This document shows positions 10,247-19,312 of a stretch of 36,462 nt of DNA, piece after piece. Below the pieces are notes generated by a model. The model was given only the letters and a program-made list of their open reading frames with translations. It was not told the DNA's origin and did no database searches. The stretch lies in assembly GCA_018813785.1 (NCBI GenBank), contig JAHJAU010000070.1, forward strand, positions 1 to 36,462. The letters are read 5' to 3'. Source of the stretch: Patescibacteria group bacterium. Its GTDB lineage: Bacteria; Patescibacteriota; Patescibacteriia; SG8-24. Positions within the stretch are counted from its first letter, which is position 1. Each line of letters opens with the position of its first letter. A program made the translations under genes and the position numbers.

Positions 10247-11815
10247 ATGGCCTCGTCAAATGACAGCCCATCTTCCCGTAGACGGTTCATCCAGCAGAAC
10301 TGGCAGATTATTTATGCCCTGGTCCTGATCTTATTTGTATCCGTCATTGTTACAGCCAACACACTCTTCGTGATTGGTAATTTCCGGAATATCATTGAGG
10401 TTGGTTTACAACAAACTGCCCTGACTATGGGAAAAATGTTTGATGTGCTGAATGTTGGAGCTGACAATAACCCATCAGTATTACAAGAACGCAGTCAAAA
10501 AATTGCTACAGCCCTACCAGAGATTGTTAGTTTAGATATCCTCGCCAAAGACGGTGCGGATTTTTTTGTTGTAGCCAGCTTATATGAAGCGGGTATCGGT
10601 CGGCTGACGCGTGATGAAAAAAATATTCAGGCCTGGAATGACAATAAATCTCTGACCTATCTCACCATAAATCCACGCTCAGTCTCTACTAATCCAAAAC
10701 CAACTTCGGATGAAATTCAGAGCAACCAGCGCTTCGGAGGTGTAATCGTGCCACTGCACAACGAAGATGGCCAGATCAGCCACCTGCTGTCAGCCAAAAT
10801 ATCTTCGACGGCAACTGACTCACTGGTACGATCTGGCCTATTCTGGTCATATGCTTGGCTGACTATGACTCTGCTGATGGTGATGCTTATTCTGATCTTA
10901 AACACGCGTCTTTTAAAGTATGTTCGGCTACAAAAACGCCTGCGGGAAGCAGATAAGGTAAAAGATGATTTCATCGCCATGGCAGCGAGTGAGTTACAAG
11001 CCCCGCTAACCGCGATCAGAAGTAATCTGTCATTATTGCTCGAAGATGCCTTCGGCCAGATCGATAAAAAACCCCGGGAAATAATCGGTGTTACACGATC
11101 CTTAACCGATCGACTGGAGACGCTAGTTAACGATTTGTTGTGTGCTTCCCGTCTGGAGCAAGACCATGTTGAGTTCAACCCCAAAAATATTGATGCTGAA
11201 AATATTATTGAGGAGGTGATCGAGCAACTCCAACAACAAGCTAAAAATAAATCTCTTCAGCTGAAATATCGACGACCGAATCATAAATTGCCGCAAATCT
11301 GCGTCGATCCTCAACATCTCAAACAAGCGTTAATCAATATTTGCTCGAACGCAATCAAATTCACACCAAGCGGAGAAATAATCATTACCAGTTTGATTAA
11401 TGATTCACAGCGGGTGGAAATAAAAATAATTGATACTGGTATTGGCCTAAACGAGCAACAGCAGGCAAACTTATTTACCAAGCTTCACCGAATAAAAACC
11501 GAGCAAACCCAGGATATTCCAGGGGCAGGACTTGGTCTTTGGATTACAAAACGCCTCGTCGAAAAAATGAATGGAAAAATTTTTGTTGATTCCATTGAAA
11601 ATGTTGGAGTACAGGTTAGTCTGATTTTTCCGGCGGTGAAACTATTATCTAATTGGAGCATCGAAGAAGAATTAAAAATCACGCCAGGCAAACAACGGGC
11701 TCGCAAACCAAATTATCTGTTTGGTTCAGCGCTAAAATTGGACGAAGATGAAAAATTAATTAACAATGTTCCCAAACAAACCAATGCTGACAATTCAAAC
11801 AACCCTGACCATTAA
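10247..11815 (+). CDS. Membrane sensor histidine kinase-like protein (HisKA + HATPase_c) whose H-box His is replaced by Ser
   Basis: Two TM helices flanking an extracytoplasmic domain; KDDFIAMAASELQAPLT H-box; N-box NICSNAIKFT, G1 DTGIG, G2 GAGLGLWI. Confidence 0.88.
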   Translation: MASSNDSPSSRRRFIQQNWQIIYALVLILFVSVIVTANTLFVIGNFRNIIEVGLQQTALTMGKMFDVLNVGADNNPSVLQERSQKIATALPEIVSLDILAKDGADFFVVASLYEAGIGRLTRDEKNIQAWNDNKSLTYLTINPRSVSTNPKPTSDEIQSNQRFGGVIVPLHNEDGQISHLLSAKISSTATDSLVRSGLFWSYAWLTMTLLMVMLILILNTRLLKYVRLQKRLREADKVKDDFIAMAASELQAPLTAIRSNLSLLLEDAFGQIDKKPREIIGVTRSLTDRLETLVNDLLCASRLEQDHVEFNPKNIDAENIIEEVIEQLQQQAKNKSLQLKYRRPNHKLPQICVDPQHLKQALINICSNAIKFTPSGEIIITSLINDSQRVEIKIIDTGIGLNEQQQANLFTKLHRIKTEQTQDIPGAGLGLWITKRLVEKMNGKIFVDSIENVGVQVSLIFPAVKLLSNWSIEEELKITPGKQRARKPNYLFGSALKLDEDEKLINNVPKQTNADNSNNPDH

Positions 11816-11817
11816 TT

Positions 11818-13101
11818 ATGCTCTCAAGTAGTTTACTGTTATTGCTATTACTTTTGGTTCTTTCTGCCGGATTCAGTTCAGCTGAAACGGCCATGTTTTC
11901 AGTCGAAGATATTCGCCTACAAACATTGGCTAAAAAGAAGCATCCTCGAGCAATACTGGTTAAAAAACTGCGCAGTGATCCCAAAGTATTGCTGGGTACG
12001 ATTTTACTCGGAAACAACGCGGCTAACGTTACAGCATCTGCTCTGGCCACCACTATAGTCATCAAGCATTTTGGTCAAGTTTGGATCGGATTAGCGACTG
12101 GCGTGCTAACTTTGATCATCCTGGTGTTCAGTGAATTTATTCCAAAAACCTGGGATGCCCATAATAGCGAAAGTGCGGCATTTTTCTTTGCCCGGCCAGT
12201 CTGGATTCTAACCCGAATTTGCGCGCCAGTTGTCCGTCTGTTCGATAGTTTGATGAGCCGAGTGCTTAAACAGGGTTTGGATTTTGGTGAAAATAAACGT
12301 GTGGGCGAAGAAGAGATAAAAACCATGGCTCAATTAGGTGCCGCGGCCGGTACACTTGAAGAACAAGAAAAGAAAATGATTGAGCGGGTTTTTTTGTTTA
12401 ATGATATTACTACTGAAGACGTAATGACCCCCAAAGAAGACGTGGAGTTTCTTAATGGTGGTTGGACTGTCGCTGAGGCAACGCCACTTATTACGAGTGA
12501 AAAATTTTCCCGTTATCCAGTGTTTGATGAAAACGATGAAGATGAAATGATTGGTATCATTCATGTTCGTGACATTTTCGAAAAATTGGCGGCCGATCCG
12601 CAGCATGCGCTAACTCAGCTGAAGATCAAGGATCTAGCCACTGATGCCATGTTTATCCCCGAATCAAAACCGATTGATGATCTATTCCATGATTTTCAAA
12701 AAGAACATATGCATATGGCGCTGGTCGTCAATGAATATGGATCCATGGTTGGCCTGGTAACGATTGATGATTTGCTGGAGGAATTGGTGGGTGAAATTGG
12801 CGATGAAACTGACGTAGAAGATGATGTCATAAAACGCGTTGATAAATACAACGTTCTGGTTCATGGCGACGAAGAAATTAAAGACATCAATGAATTCTTC
12901 AACATCAAATTACCAGGGCGACGAAATAAAACTATTAGTAAGATGATGCTGGATCTTTTGGGAAGTGTGCCTAATGTCGGCCAGAGCGTGGCACTGACTG
13001 AAACTGTAACCGCAACCGTTGAAAGAATGGATAAACTACGCATTCTTCGGGTTCGATTAAACAAAAAACCAGAGGAAGAGGGACAGCACAAAGAAACATG
13101 A
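11818..13101 (+). CDS. CNNM/HlyC-CorC family transporter (DUF21 + tandem CBS + CorC domain)
   Basis: SAGFSSAETA, TILLGNN, SEFIPKT, VMTP, FSRYPV and NEYGSMVGLVTIDDLLEELVGEI motifs. Confidence 0.93.
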   Translation: MLSSSLLLLLLLLVLSAGFSSAETAMFSVEDIRLQTLAKKKHPRAILVKKLRSDPKVLLGTILLGNNAANVTASALATTIVIKHFGQVWIGLATGVLTLIILVFSEFIPKTWDAHNSESAAFFFARPVWILTRICAPVVRLFDSLMSRVLKQGLDFGENKRVGEEEIKTMAQLGAAAGTLEEQEKKMIERVFLFNDITTEDVMTPKEDVEFLNGGWTVAEATPLITSEKFSRYPVFDENDEDEMIGIIHVRDIFEKLAADPQHALTQLKIKDLATDAMFIPESKPIDDLFHDFQKEHMHMALVVNEYGSMVGLVTIDDLLEELVGEIGDETDVEDDVIKRVDKYNVLVHGDEEIKDINEFFNIKLPGRRNKTISKMMLDLLGSVPNVGQSVALTETVTATVERMDKLRILRVRLNKKPEEEGQHKET

Positions 13102-14132
13102 TGAGATTTATCAAAAAATTACTAGGAGTAACTGCTGACCCGGAGCGCGTAACGCCCGGGTCATTGCCAATTGAAGGAAAAATGCCGGAGTTTGTTGGTA
13201 TTACCGGTTGGCTAAACTCGCCCCCTTTAGCTAAGGCTGATCTTAGCGACCGGGTGGTTCTGGTGAATTTTTGGACATTAAGCTGTATTAATAGTCTTCG
13301 TCCCTTGCCTTATTTAAAGACCTGGCATGAACGCTACACCACACATGGACTAACCATCATCGGCATACATTCACCGGAATTTGCTTTTGAGAACCGACGC
13401 GAAAATGTTGATGTGGCTGTGCAGCGCTTTGATCTTACATATCCCGTGGCTCTCGATCCTGAACATGCCACCTGGAATGCTTATCGTAATCATTATTGGC
13501 CGGCTTATTATTTTATCGATCGCGCTGGCAACATTCGTCATCATTTTTTTGGCGAAGGCAGTTATGAATACTCAGAACAAGTTATCCGCGCCTTATTGCA
13601 AGAAGATGGAACTAATCTGTCAGATCAACCAAAAACTGATTATATTTATGAGTCGGCTAAACAATCGACTAAAACTCCAGAGATGTACCTGGGATACGCT
13701 CGACTCGAATATCTTGGCTCGCCAGAATCGATCGCTATTAACGCCAGTCGTGAATACTCGGTAGTTAAACATCCGGCACTAAATATTTTCTATCTGGCAG
13801 GCGAATGGGAAATTAAAAAAGATTATGCTGTCGCCAGATCAGACGACGCACGTCTGGTTTTGCAGTACCAGGGAACGGAGGTAAATATTATTCTGGAGGC
13901 GGAAAACGAACAGTCAGACGCTAGCTTTGTTGAAATTAAACTGGACGGAAAATCACTCAATAAAAAAAATAGTGGGGCAGATGTTAAGATGGCGGCTGGT
14001 CGGTCAATGATCCGAGTAATCGGAGGTCGCTTATATCAAGCGGTAAGCACACCTGATCGAACAGGAACACACTTATTGGAGCTGGATTTCCCTCGGCCTG
14101 GCATTCGTTGCTACACACTAACTTTTGGATAA
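13098..14132 (+). CDS. DipZ-like thioredoxin/redoxin with C-terminal beta domain; CxxS active site
   Basis: WLNSPPL, VVLVNFWTLSCINS, GIHSPEFAFE, NHYWPAYY, FGEGSY, TPEMYLGY and terminal YTLTFG match the soluble part of DipZ; no CcdA membrane domain. Confidence 0.85.
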   Translation: MMRFIKKLLGVTADPERVTPGSLPIEGKMPEFVGITGWLNSPPLAKADLSDRVVLVNFWTLSCINSLRPLPYLKTWHERYTTHGLTIIGIHSPEFAFENRRENVDVAVQRFDLTYPVALDPEHATWNAYRNHYWPAYYFIDRAGNIRHHFFGEGSYEYSEQVIRALLQEDGTNLSDQPKTDYIYESAKQSTKTPEMYLGYARLEYLGSPESIAINASREYSVVKHPALNIFYLAGEWEIKKDYAVARSDDARLVLQYQGTEVNIILEAENEQSDASFVEIKLDGKSLNKKNSGADVKMAAGRSMIRVIGGRLYQAVSTPDRTGTHLLELDFPRPGIRCYTLTFG

Positions 14133-14164
14133 AAGTGTCAGACTATTTTTTGAAATATCGATAG

Positions 14165-14190
14165 CCAGACGCAATAAGCGTCTGGTTTTT
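14165..14190 (+). terminator. Intrinsic terminator of the HK-CNNM-thioredoxin operon
   Basis: CCAGACGC-AATAA-GCGTCTGG followed by TTTTT. Confidence 0.7.
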
Positions 14191-14327
14191 GTTTATACCT
14201 GTCCCTTCTACCTGTCGAGGGTGACAGGCACTATTCTAGTGACAGGCACTACTCTATACGCAATAAGCGTCTGGTTTTTGTTTATACCTGTCCCTTCTAC
14301 CTGTCGAGGGTGACAGGCACTATTCTA
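14169..14327. repeat. Direct duplication of 70 bp (14169-14238 and 14258-14327) containing REP-like element family A
   Basis: Identical ACGCAATAAG...GTGACAGGCACTATTCTA copies with an 89 bp period; the core TACCTGTCCCTTCTACCTGTCGAGGGTGACAGGCAC recurs inverted at 36301 and 36391. Confidence 0.9.
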
Positions 14328-14388
14328 TTTGACATCCAGCAATAACTCATCTAATTTTTGAGAGGTTCTTTTGAAAAAGGAGAGTGTC

Positions 14389-15105
14389 GTGGCTTATATC
14401 GAAAATCCCAAGACCGCCGGAAGTGGAATTATTTGCGGTATTCCTCAGCGCGGAGTGTGTCCGGTTGGCTGTGCGGATTGCTTTTTCCAGTCCGGCCGCT
14501 CCTATCTGGAACCACTCGATGAAAAACTGCCCAATCTCCCCACACCGGAACAGGCGAAAGGCCGAATAGTTCGCCTAAATGACGGCAATGATTCCAACAA
14601 TCAACGCGTGCTAGTCATGGCCGCCGCTGATCAATACGAACATGTGTTTTTCAACACTTCAATCCCCAAGGATTTGGCGGGGTTTGGTCGACCGGTGGTT
14701 CTGACCGTCAATCCGGGCAAGAAAACTGATCGCAATGCGCATCTCCTGACTCCGCCACCGACCAATCTGATGTTCGTCCGGTTTCGAACCAACACCTGGA
14801 ATTTGGAGCTGTGCGACCGAGTAGTCGGACATTACGCCGCACATGGAATCCCGACCGTGCTGACTTTCATGGCCTATTACACTGAGTCTGTACCGAAAGA
14901 TCATGCCCAGCACTATACTTTCCGTCAGCGCACCCTAAACTCCTATTGGGTTATCACTCCGGCAGCTTGGGACAAGGTACTGACCCGCTACGCTGGAAAT
15001 CAATGGGTGTATCCGTGCGGCAAGGATGCCAACACCTTCAAGTGTCACCGTTGTGGCAACTGTCTGCGCGAATACTTCGCCACTCTGGAACGCATGGGTC
15101 GTTAA
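14389..15105 (+). CDS. Radical-SAM-like Fe-S protein (CxxxCxxC) with a C-terminal Cys cluster
   Basis: CPVGCADCFF near the N-terminus; YPC...CHRCGNC at the C-terminus. GTG start at 14389 with an AAGGAG RBS. Confidence 0.65.
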   Translation: MAYIENPKTAGSGIICGIPQRGVCPVGCADCFFQSGRSYLEPLDEKLPNLPTPEQAKGRIVRLNDGNDSNNQRVLVMAAADQYEHVFFNTSIPKDLAGFGRPVVLTVNPGKKTDRNAHLLTPPPTNLMFVRFRTNTWNLELCDRVVGHYAAHGIPTVLTFMAYYTESVPKDHAQHYTFRQRTLNSYWVITPAAWDKVLTRYAGNQWVYPCGKDANTFKCHRCGNCLREYFATLERMGR

Positions 15106-15109
15106 TCAT

Positions 15110-15138
15110 AAAAACCACCACGCTTAGCGTGGTTTTTT
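15110..15138. terminator. Terminator between convergent genes (probably bidirectional)
   Basis: A-tract, CCACGC-TTA-GCGTGG hairpin, T-tract. Confidence 0.65.
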
Positions 15139-15237
15139 GTTTAACAAAATTCTCCGAACGCACTGCCAAAATTTTAAAACAAAAAAGAACTCGTCAAACT
15201 CAACGAATTCTTGAACATCAAAAATTCCAGACGCTTT

Positions 15238-16305
15238 TTACGGTTTTTCACTAGAAAAATCAAACAGCATTTTCCCGGCGTCCCACATTTCTGGATATCC
15301 CTGCGTCTTGAGCCAGTACCACCACTCCCCGCCCCAAAGATAAACCTCAAAAACTCCCATGCGCCGAGCGAAAGCCACATTGTCGTTCAAACGTTGTGGA
15401 TTCATGTGTTTTAATTGCTCGGCAATATCCCAATCCCGAATCGGTCCCGGTGACCAGGGCTCAGCCTGAAGTTCGGAAATAATAACTGCCTCAACCAGCG
15501 GTTGAACGATTTTAATTCGGGTTGAGTACCATTTTGGTGTCGAGGGCCAAAAAACATGCCCGACATATCGATTCCAAACATTACGATAAGTACTGATTCC
15601 AAGGATGTCGGCTATGGTTATGGCTCGAACCCAGTCAGACAATTCACCGGCATCAGTAATAATCACCGGTCGAGAATCAATCGACTTCACCAAATCCACT
15701 TCTCCCTGTAAAAACTTTCGATTGGGTTCAGGACAATTACCAAAACGGAAGAATGGTTCATTTTCTACCTGCCAATTAGCAAAATTAGACGATCGAGAAA
15801 GATGCTGTACAGTTTTCTGTAGCATGACCATGACACGACCGCGCAAAACATCTTCAGTTAAATCCTGGGTCCAGGCTGGGAAATGACACTCTGGCCAGCG
15901 GGGAACCTTCATCCCAACCACTAAAATAACCTTAACGCCACGCCGACCGGCTTCCTGTAGTTGCCAATCAACATCGGTGAACGAAAACTCCCCCGGCTTT
16001 GATTCTATTTCATCCCAGTAAACCGGAAGACGCAGAGCCCGCGCTCCTAAATCATCCAGCATGGCCAAGTATGTCTCTCGCCAATCAAGTCCTAGTTCAG
16101 CGGCATACTTCTTGGAAAACGTCATCCCTAACTTAATTTCGCGCTCTTCTAGTCCAAGATTATCTATCGCAATTTTGGTCAATAACATGCTGACCAATAA
16201 CACAATAACAATCGATAATCCAATAAAATAGGCACGGCGTTTATGCCAGCGCCAAGAAGCTTCAGAACGACTTAATCTTCCGCTTTTTGATCGATTTATA
16301 AACAT
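15238..16305 (-). CDS. Membrane-anchored clan-A glycoside hydrolase (GH5/GH42-like TIM barrel)
   Basis: N-terminal TM helix; RLPVYWDEIE, KVPRWPECH.P.W, WQVENEPF (acid/base Glu), ISELQAEPW (nucleophile), YLWG.EWW. Confidence 0.82.
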   Translation of the reverse strand: MFINRSKSGRLSRSEASWRWHKRRAYFIGLSIVIVLLVSMLLTKIAIDNLGLEEREIKLGMTFSKKYAAELGLDWRETYLAMLDDLGARALRLPVYWDEIESKPGEFSFTDVDWQLQEAGRRGVKVILVVGMKVPRWPECHFPAWTQDLTEDVLRGRVMVMLQKTVQHLSRSSNFANWQVENEPFFRFGNCPEPNRKFLQGEVDLVKSIDSRPVIITDAGELSDWVRAITIADILGISTYRNVWNRYVGHVFWPSTPKWYSTRIKIVQPLVEAVIISELQAEPWSPGPIRDWDIAEQLKHMNPQRLNDNVAFARRMGVFEVYLWGGEWWYWLKTQGYPEMWDAGKMLFDFSSEKP

Positions 16306-16462
16306 AGTTACTTCCTTAGTATAGCGATAACCAGACGCGATGTCTTTTTTATTAACATATGTAGGTCAAATTATCTTTGACGCTAGCTCAGCAAACTGAT
16401 ATGACAAAAATGTACCTTGACCTTACAAAGCTGGGGTTTTCCCCTACTGCGCGGAGGAGACG

Positions 16463-17293
16463 ATGCGGACGATGAACAAGACCGTCGGAACAGTGATTTC
16501 TGTTCTGGCCACGCTGGCGATTGCGCTCGGCGCCTGCTCTGGCTGTCACCAAACCAGTGGTGGCAGTACCACACCTGAAGGGGAACATGAGTGTCCTCCC
16601 TGCCCACCCTATCTTGGCCAGGATCCAGAAATTGATCCACTGGCTGGTTCAACACTGGACGACGGCTTCACCGATGCTGAACGCACTCAGTTCATTCGAG
16701 ATAACGTTCAGTCTACAGTACGCATCGTGATCGCTAACCACAACAAAAACATCGGCCTTGGCTTTGGCGGTGGAACTGGTGTGGCAATCACGCCCGGTCT
16801 GGTGCTGACTGCAGCCCACGTGGTGGATGAATTTCGATTCATGTATGGCGTGCGACGACTGCTGGCTCGCGATAACCTAACCATTCTGCATCCACGCGCT
16901 CTGGATATGCGAGTCGCGGCTCAGACCAATGAACTGCGCGACGTAGCTCTGCTCGAAACCAGAGATGGAGAACAATTCGATCGACCGATACCCATGTCCC
17001 TAGGGCGAGCGATCAATGATGGTGATCTACTGTGGCAGTTTGGCCGAACGACCCGTTGGTCACGTGGTCGGGTGCTGAACGCAGCCAATCCACGATCGAT
17101 AAAAATCGAATTCACGGTGGCTGGTGGTGATTCCGGTGGCCCGGTGGTTCGACCTGATGGCACGCTGGCCGGCATCATTCTGAGCCGTAGCCTCGATCCA
17201 GAAGACCGTGTAGACGACAACACCAGTAATGTTGCTTTCTTCATCACGCTTGATGAAGCCCTTCGAGGCCTGAGTCAATCACGCCTTCGCTAA
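16463..17293 (+). CDS. Trypsin-like (S1) serine protease, probable lipoprotein
   Basis: Catalytic triad motifs TAAHVV, DVALL and GGDSGGPV; signal peptide with LGAC lipobox; GGAGG RBS. Confidence 0.88.
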   Translation: MRTMNKTVGTVISVLATLAIALGACSGCHQTSGGSTTPEGEHECPPCPPYLGQDPEIDPLAGSTLDDGFTDAERTQFIRDNVQSTVRIVIANHNKNIGLGFGGGTGVAITPGLVLTAAHVVDEFRFMYGVRRLLARDNLTILHPRALDMRVAAQTNELRDVALLETRDGEQFDRPIPMSLGRAINDGDLLWQFGRTTRWSRGRVLNAANPRSIKIEFTVAGGDSGGPVVRPDGTLAGIILSRSLDPEDRVDDNTSNVAFFITLDEALRGLSQSRLR

Positions 17294-17299
17294 AAATCC

Positions 17300-17322
17300 C
17301 CCCGCTGCTTAGCGGGGTTTTT
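17300..17322 (+). terminator. Intrinsic terminator
   Basis: CCCCGCT-GCTT-AGCGGGG followed by TTTTTT just after the stop codon. Confidence 0.7.
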
Positions 17323-17383
17323 TATTTTAACTCGCTTTGAATCTATCTCGGCCTAACCGATTTGGATTATCGATGGGCGGAGG

Positions 17384-17452
17384 GTAGCTGCAGAGTTTAT
17401 CTCTGCCCATCCGATTAAAATAATGATAGGCGGAGACAAGCTCCGCAGCTAC
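17384..17452. repeat. GTAG-type REPIN-like inverted doublet (family B)
   Basis: GTAGCTGCAGAGTTTATCTCTGCC-spacer-GGCGGAGACAAGCTCCGCAGCTAC. A degenerate partial copy lies at about 17344-17382 and a related copy at 19943-20066. Confidence 0.75.
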
Positions 17453-17552
17453 ACGATTGTAAATTAAAATTTAAATAAAAACTTTGACTGCATTTTTTTT
17501 CGTTGGTATGAAGAATGTAGATCTTTTTACTCTCAGCTAAAGGAGGTCTGGG

Positions 17553-18350
17553 ATGTATCATCCCAAACGAACGCTGACAAAGTTATTCTTGTCGGCTCTA
17601 CTTTTGACGGCAGCTTTTGCCGTCACGACATGCACTCACCCTCCAGGAGGCCGGATACCACGTTCACCAGAATGTGTTTACGTTCCGGATCCTCCCGAAA
17701 ATCCGCCCGAAGATCCGTTCGTTGCGGATCAGGATGACGATGGCCTGAATGAGCAACAACGCCTGGATTTTATTCGACGCGGTGTAGCCGCCACCATTCA
17801 AATTAGATCCCGGCGTTACTCAGCCAAGAATGGTTATTCCTTTCACAGTGGCTCCGGTGTTTTCATCGATGATTCACACGTGCTCACGGCTGAGCATGTC
17901 GTGCGCGATACTGTGGATCGCTATGCTATATTACGACGATTGGTCAGCGGCGGATTAAATATCGGTTATCTTCGCACAGAGCGCATCACGATCGTTGCGA
18001 CTAACGCAGAGCATGATGTGGCACTGCTCAGAGTTCACTCTCCGCCAGAAATGGCCTACCCACTTCCGACGGCCAGAAACTGGACACCGCAACATGATGA
18101 ATTACTCTGGCAATTCGGTGTCCGCACTGGTTGGTCTCGCGGCCGTGTAGTGCGACAAGTGCCAGATAATCTGCCGGTCAGCACTCATGGCTTGGTCGAG
18201 ATGAGAATACTTGGCCAGGCTGGTGATTCCGGCGGACCAGTATTGAATGTCCGCGGTGAAATCGTTGGCTTGGTGCTTCGGGGTAACACCGAAGCTGGAC
18301 GTCAATTCTTTGTACCGATCGATACGGCTCTGCAAGCAGTCGGCCGATAA
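17553..18350 (+). CDS. Trypsin-like (S1) serine protease, paralog of 16463..17293
   Basis: TAEHVV, DVALL and GDSGGPV; shares DP...DDG..E.R..FI and LLWQFG..T.WSRGRV with the upstream gene; AAGGAGG RBS; signal peptide. Confidence 0.88.
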   Translation: MYHPKRTLTKLFLSALLLTAAFAVTTCTHPPGGRIPRSPECVYVPDPPENPPEDPFVADQDDDGLNEQQRLDFIRRGVAATIQIRSRRYSAKNGYSFHSGSGVFIDDSHVLTAEHVVRDTVDRYAILRRLVSGGLNIGYLRTERITIVATNAEHDVALLRVHSPPEMAYPLPTARNWTPQHDELLWQFGVRTGWSRGRVVRQVPDNLPVSTHGLVEMRILGQAGDSGGPVLNVRGEIVGLVLRGNTEAGRQFFVPIDTALQAVGR

Positions 18351-18480
18351 TTAACAGCTCAAATACCCGCTTTTTAAAGCGGGTATTCTGTTATAAACTC
18401 GACTGACTGGTATTTAAAAAATATTTATATTACAAATAAGACTTGTTTGGCTCTTTTCAAAAGATCCGCTGGAGGTTGAC

Positions 18481-19254
18481 GTGGAAAAAATACAACGACC
18501 GATTGCAGCTTTTGATCTTGATGGCACAATATTTCGCGGTAGTCTATTGGATAAATTGACTGAACGACTGTGTCGCACTGGCTTCATACCGAACGTATTT
18601 GCCATGCATATGGTTCAGTTATTCATTCAGCAAAATGAACGACAAATTCCCTACCGCCTTTACGAGGAAAAACTGGTGCGCCTTTTGCTGGCAGCCCTGC
18701 GCGGCAAAAAACAAAGCGAACTAATCAAAATCGCTAATCTGGTTATGGCTGATGCTGCTGGCCAGACGTATTCTTTTACCACAACTCTACTGGCTCAACT
18801 TCGTCAAACCCATGACTGCATCGTAGTCACAGCCGGCATGTCTGAAACCGCTGATGATTTGGCGGAGTACTGGGGTTTTCAAACTTGCTTCTCAAGTGTT
18901 TTTGAAGTGAAGAACGGTCTTTATACCGGCGGAGTCGCTTCAACAGTGGCGCACGACAAAGGACAGACTCTCAAAACCAGACTGACCACTGCCAACCACA
19001 CTACGCTGACTGGTTCAATTGCGATCGGTGATTCGAGATCGGATATTCCGCTTCTTTCTGAAGTCGAACAGCCGATAGCTTTCAATCCGGATCACGAACT
19101 GATGAACCGAGCCGAGCGGGAACGTTGGCCGGTGGTGCTAGAGCAAAAAAATGTAATCTACGTTCTGCAATGTGGAGCCTGCACACAATTCTCTACTGAT
19201 GATGCCGTGAAGGCAGTGCGCTTGATTACCACCGAATGTCGTCAACTGCAATAA
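18481..19254 (+). CDS. HAD-superfamily IB (SerB-like) phosphatase
   Basis: Motif I FDLDGT, motif II VTAG, motif III K, motif IV GDSRSD, AFNPD; GGAGG RBS before GTG. Confidence 0.88.
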   Translation: MEKIQRPIAAFDLDGTIFRGSLLDKLTERLCRTGFIPNVFAMHMVQLFIQQNERQIPYRLYEEKLVRLLLAALRGKKQSELIKIANLVMADAAGQTYSFTTTLLAQLRQTHDCIVVTAGMSETADDLAEYWGFQTCFSSVFEVKNGLYTGGVASTVAHDKGQTLKTRLTTANHTTLTGSIAIGDSRSDIPLLSEVEQPIAFNPDHELMNRAERERWPVVLEQKNVIYVLQCGACTQFSTDDAVKAVRLITTECRQLQ

Positions 19255-19258
19255 AAAT

Positions 19259-19282
19259 AACGCCGAAGCTGTCGGCGTTTTT
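19259..19282. terminator. Terminator between convergent genes
   Basis: AACGCCGA-AGCTG-TCGGCGTT with a T-tract and an upstream A-tract. Confidence 0.65.
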
Positions 19283-19312
19283 ATTTGTGAATAATCACCG
19301 TAAATTAAAAGA

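Noticed and set aside
14169-14327. CRISPR array (also considered for 36265-36438)
   Set aside because: Only two units per locus, the intervening sequence is itself repeated rather than unique, and there are no cas genes.
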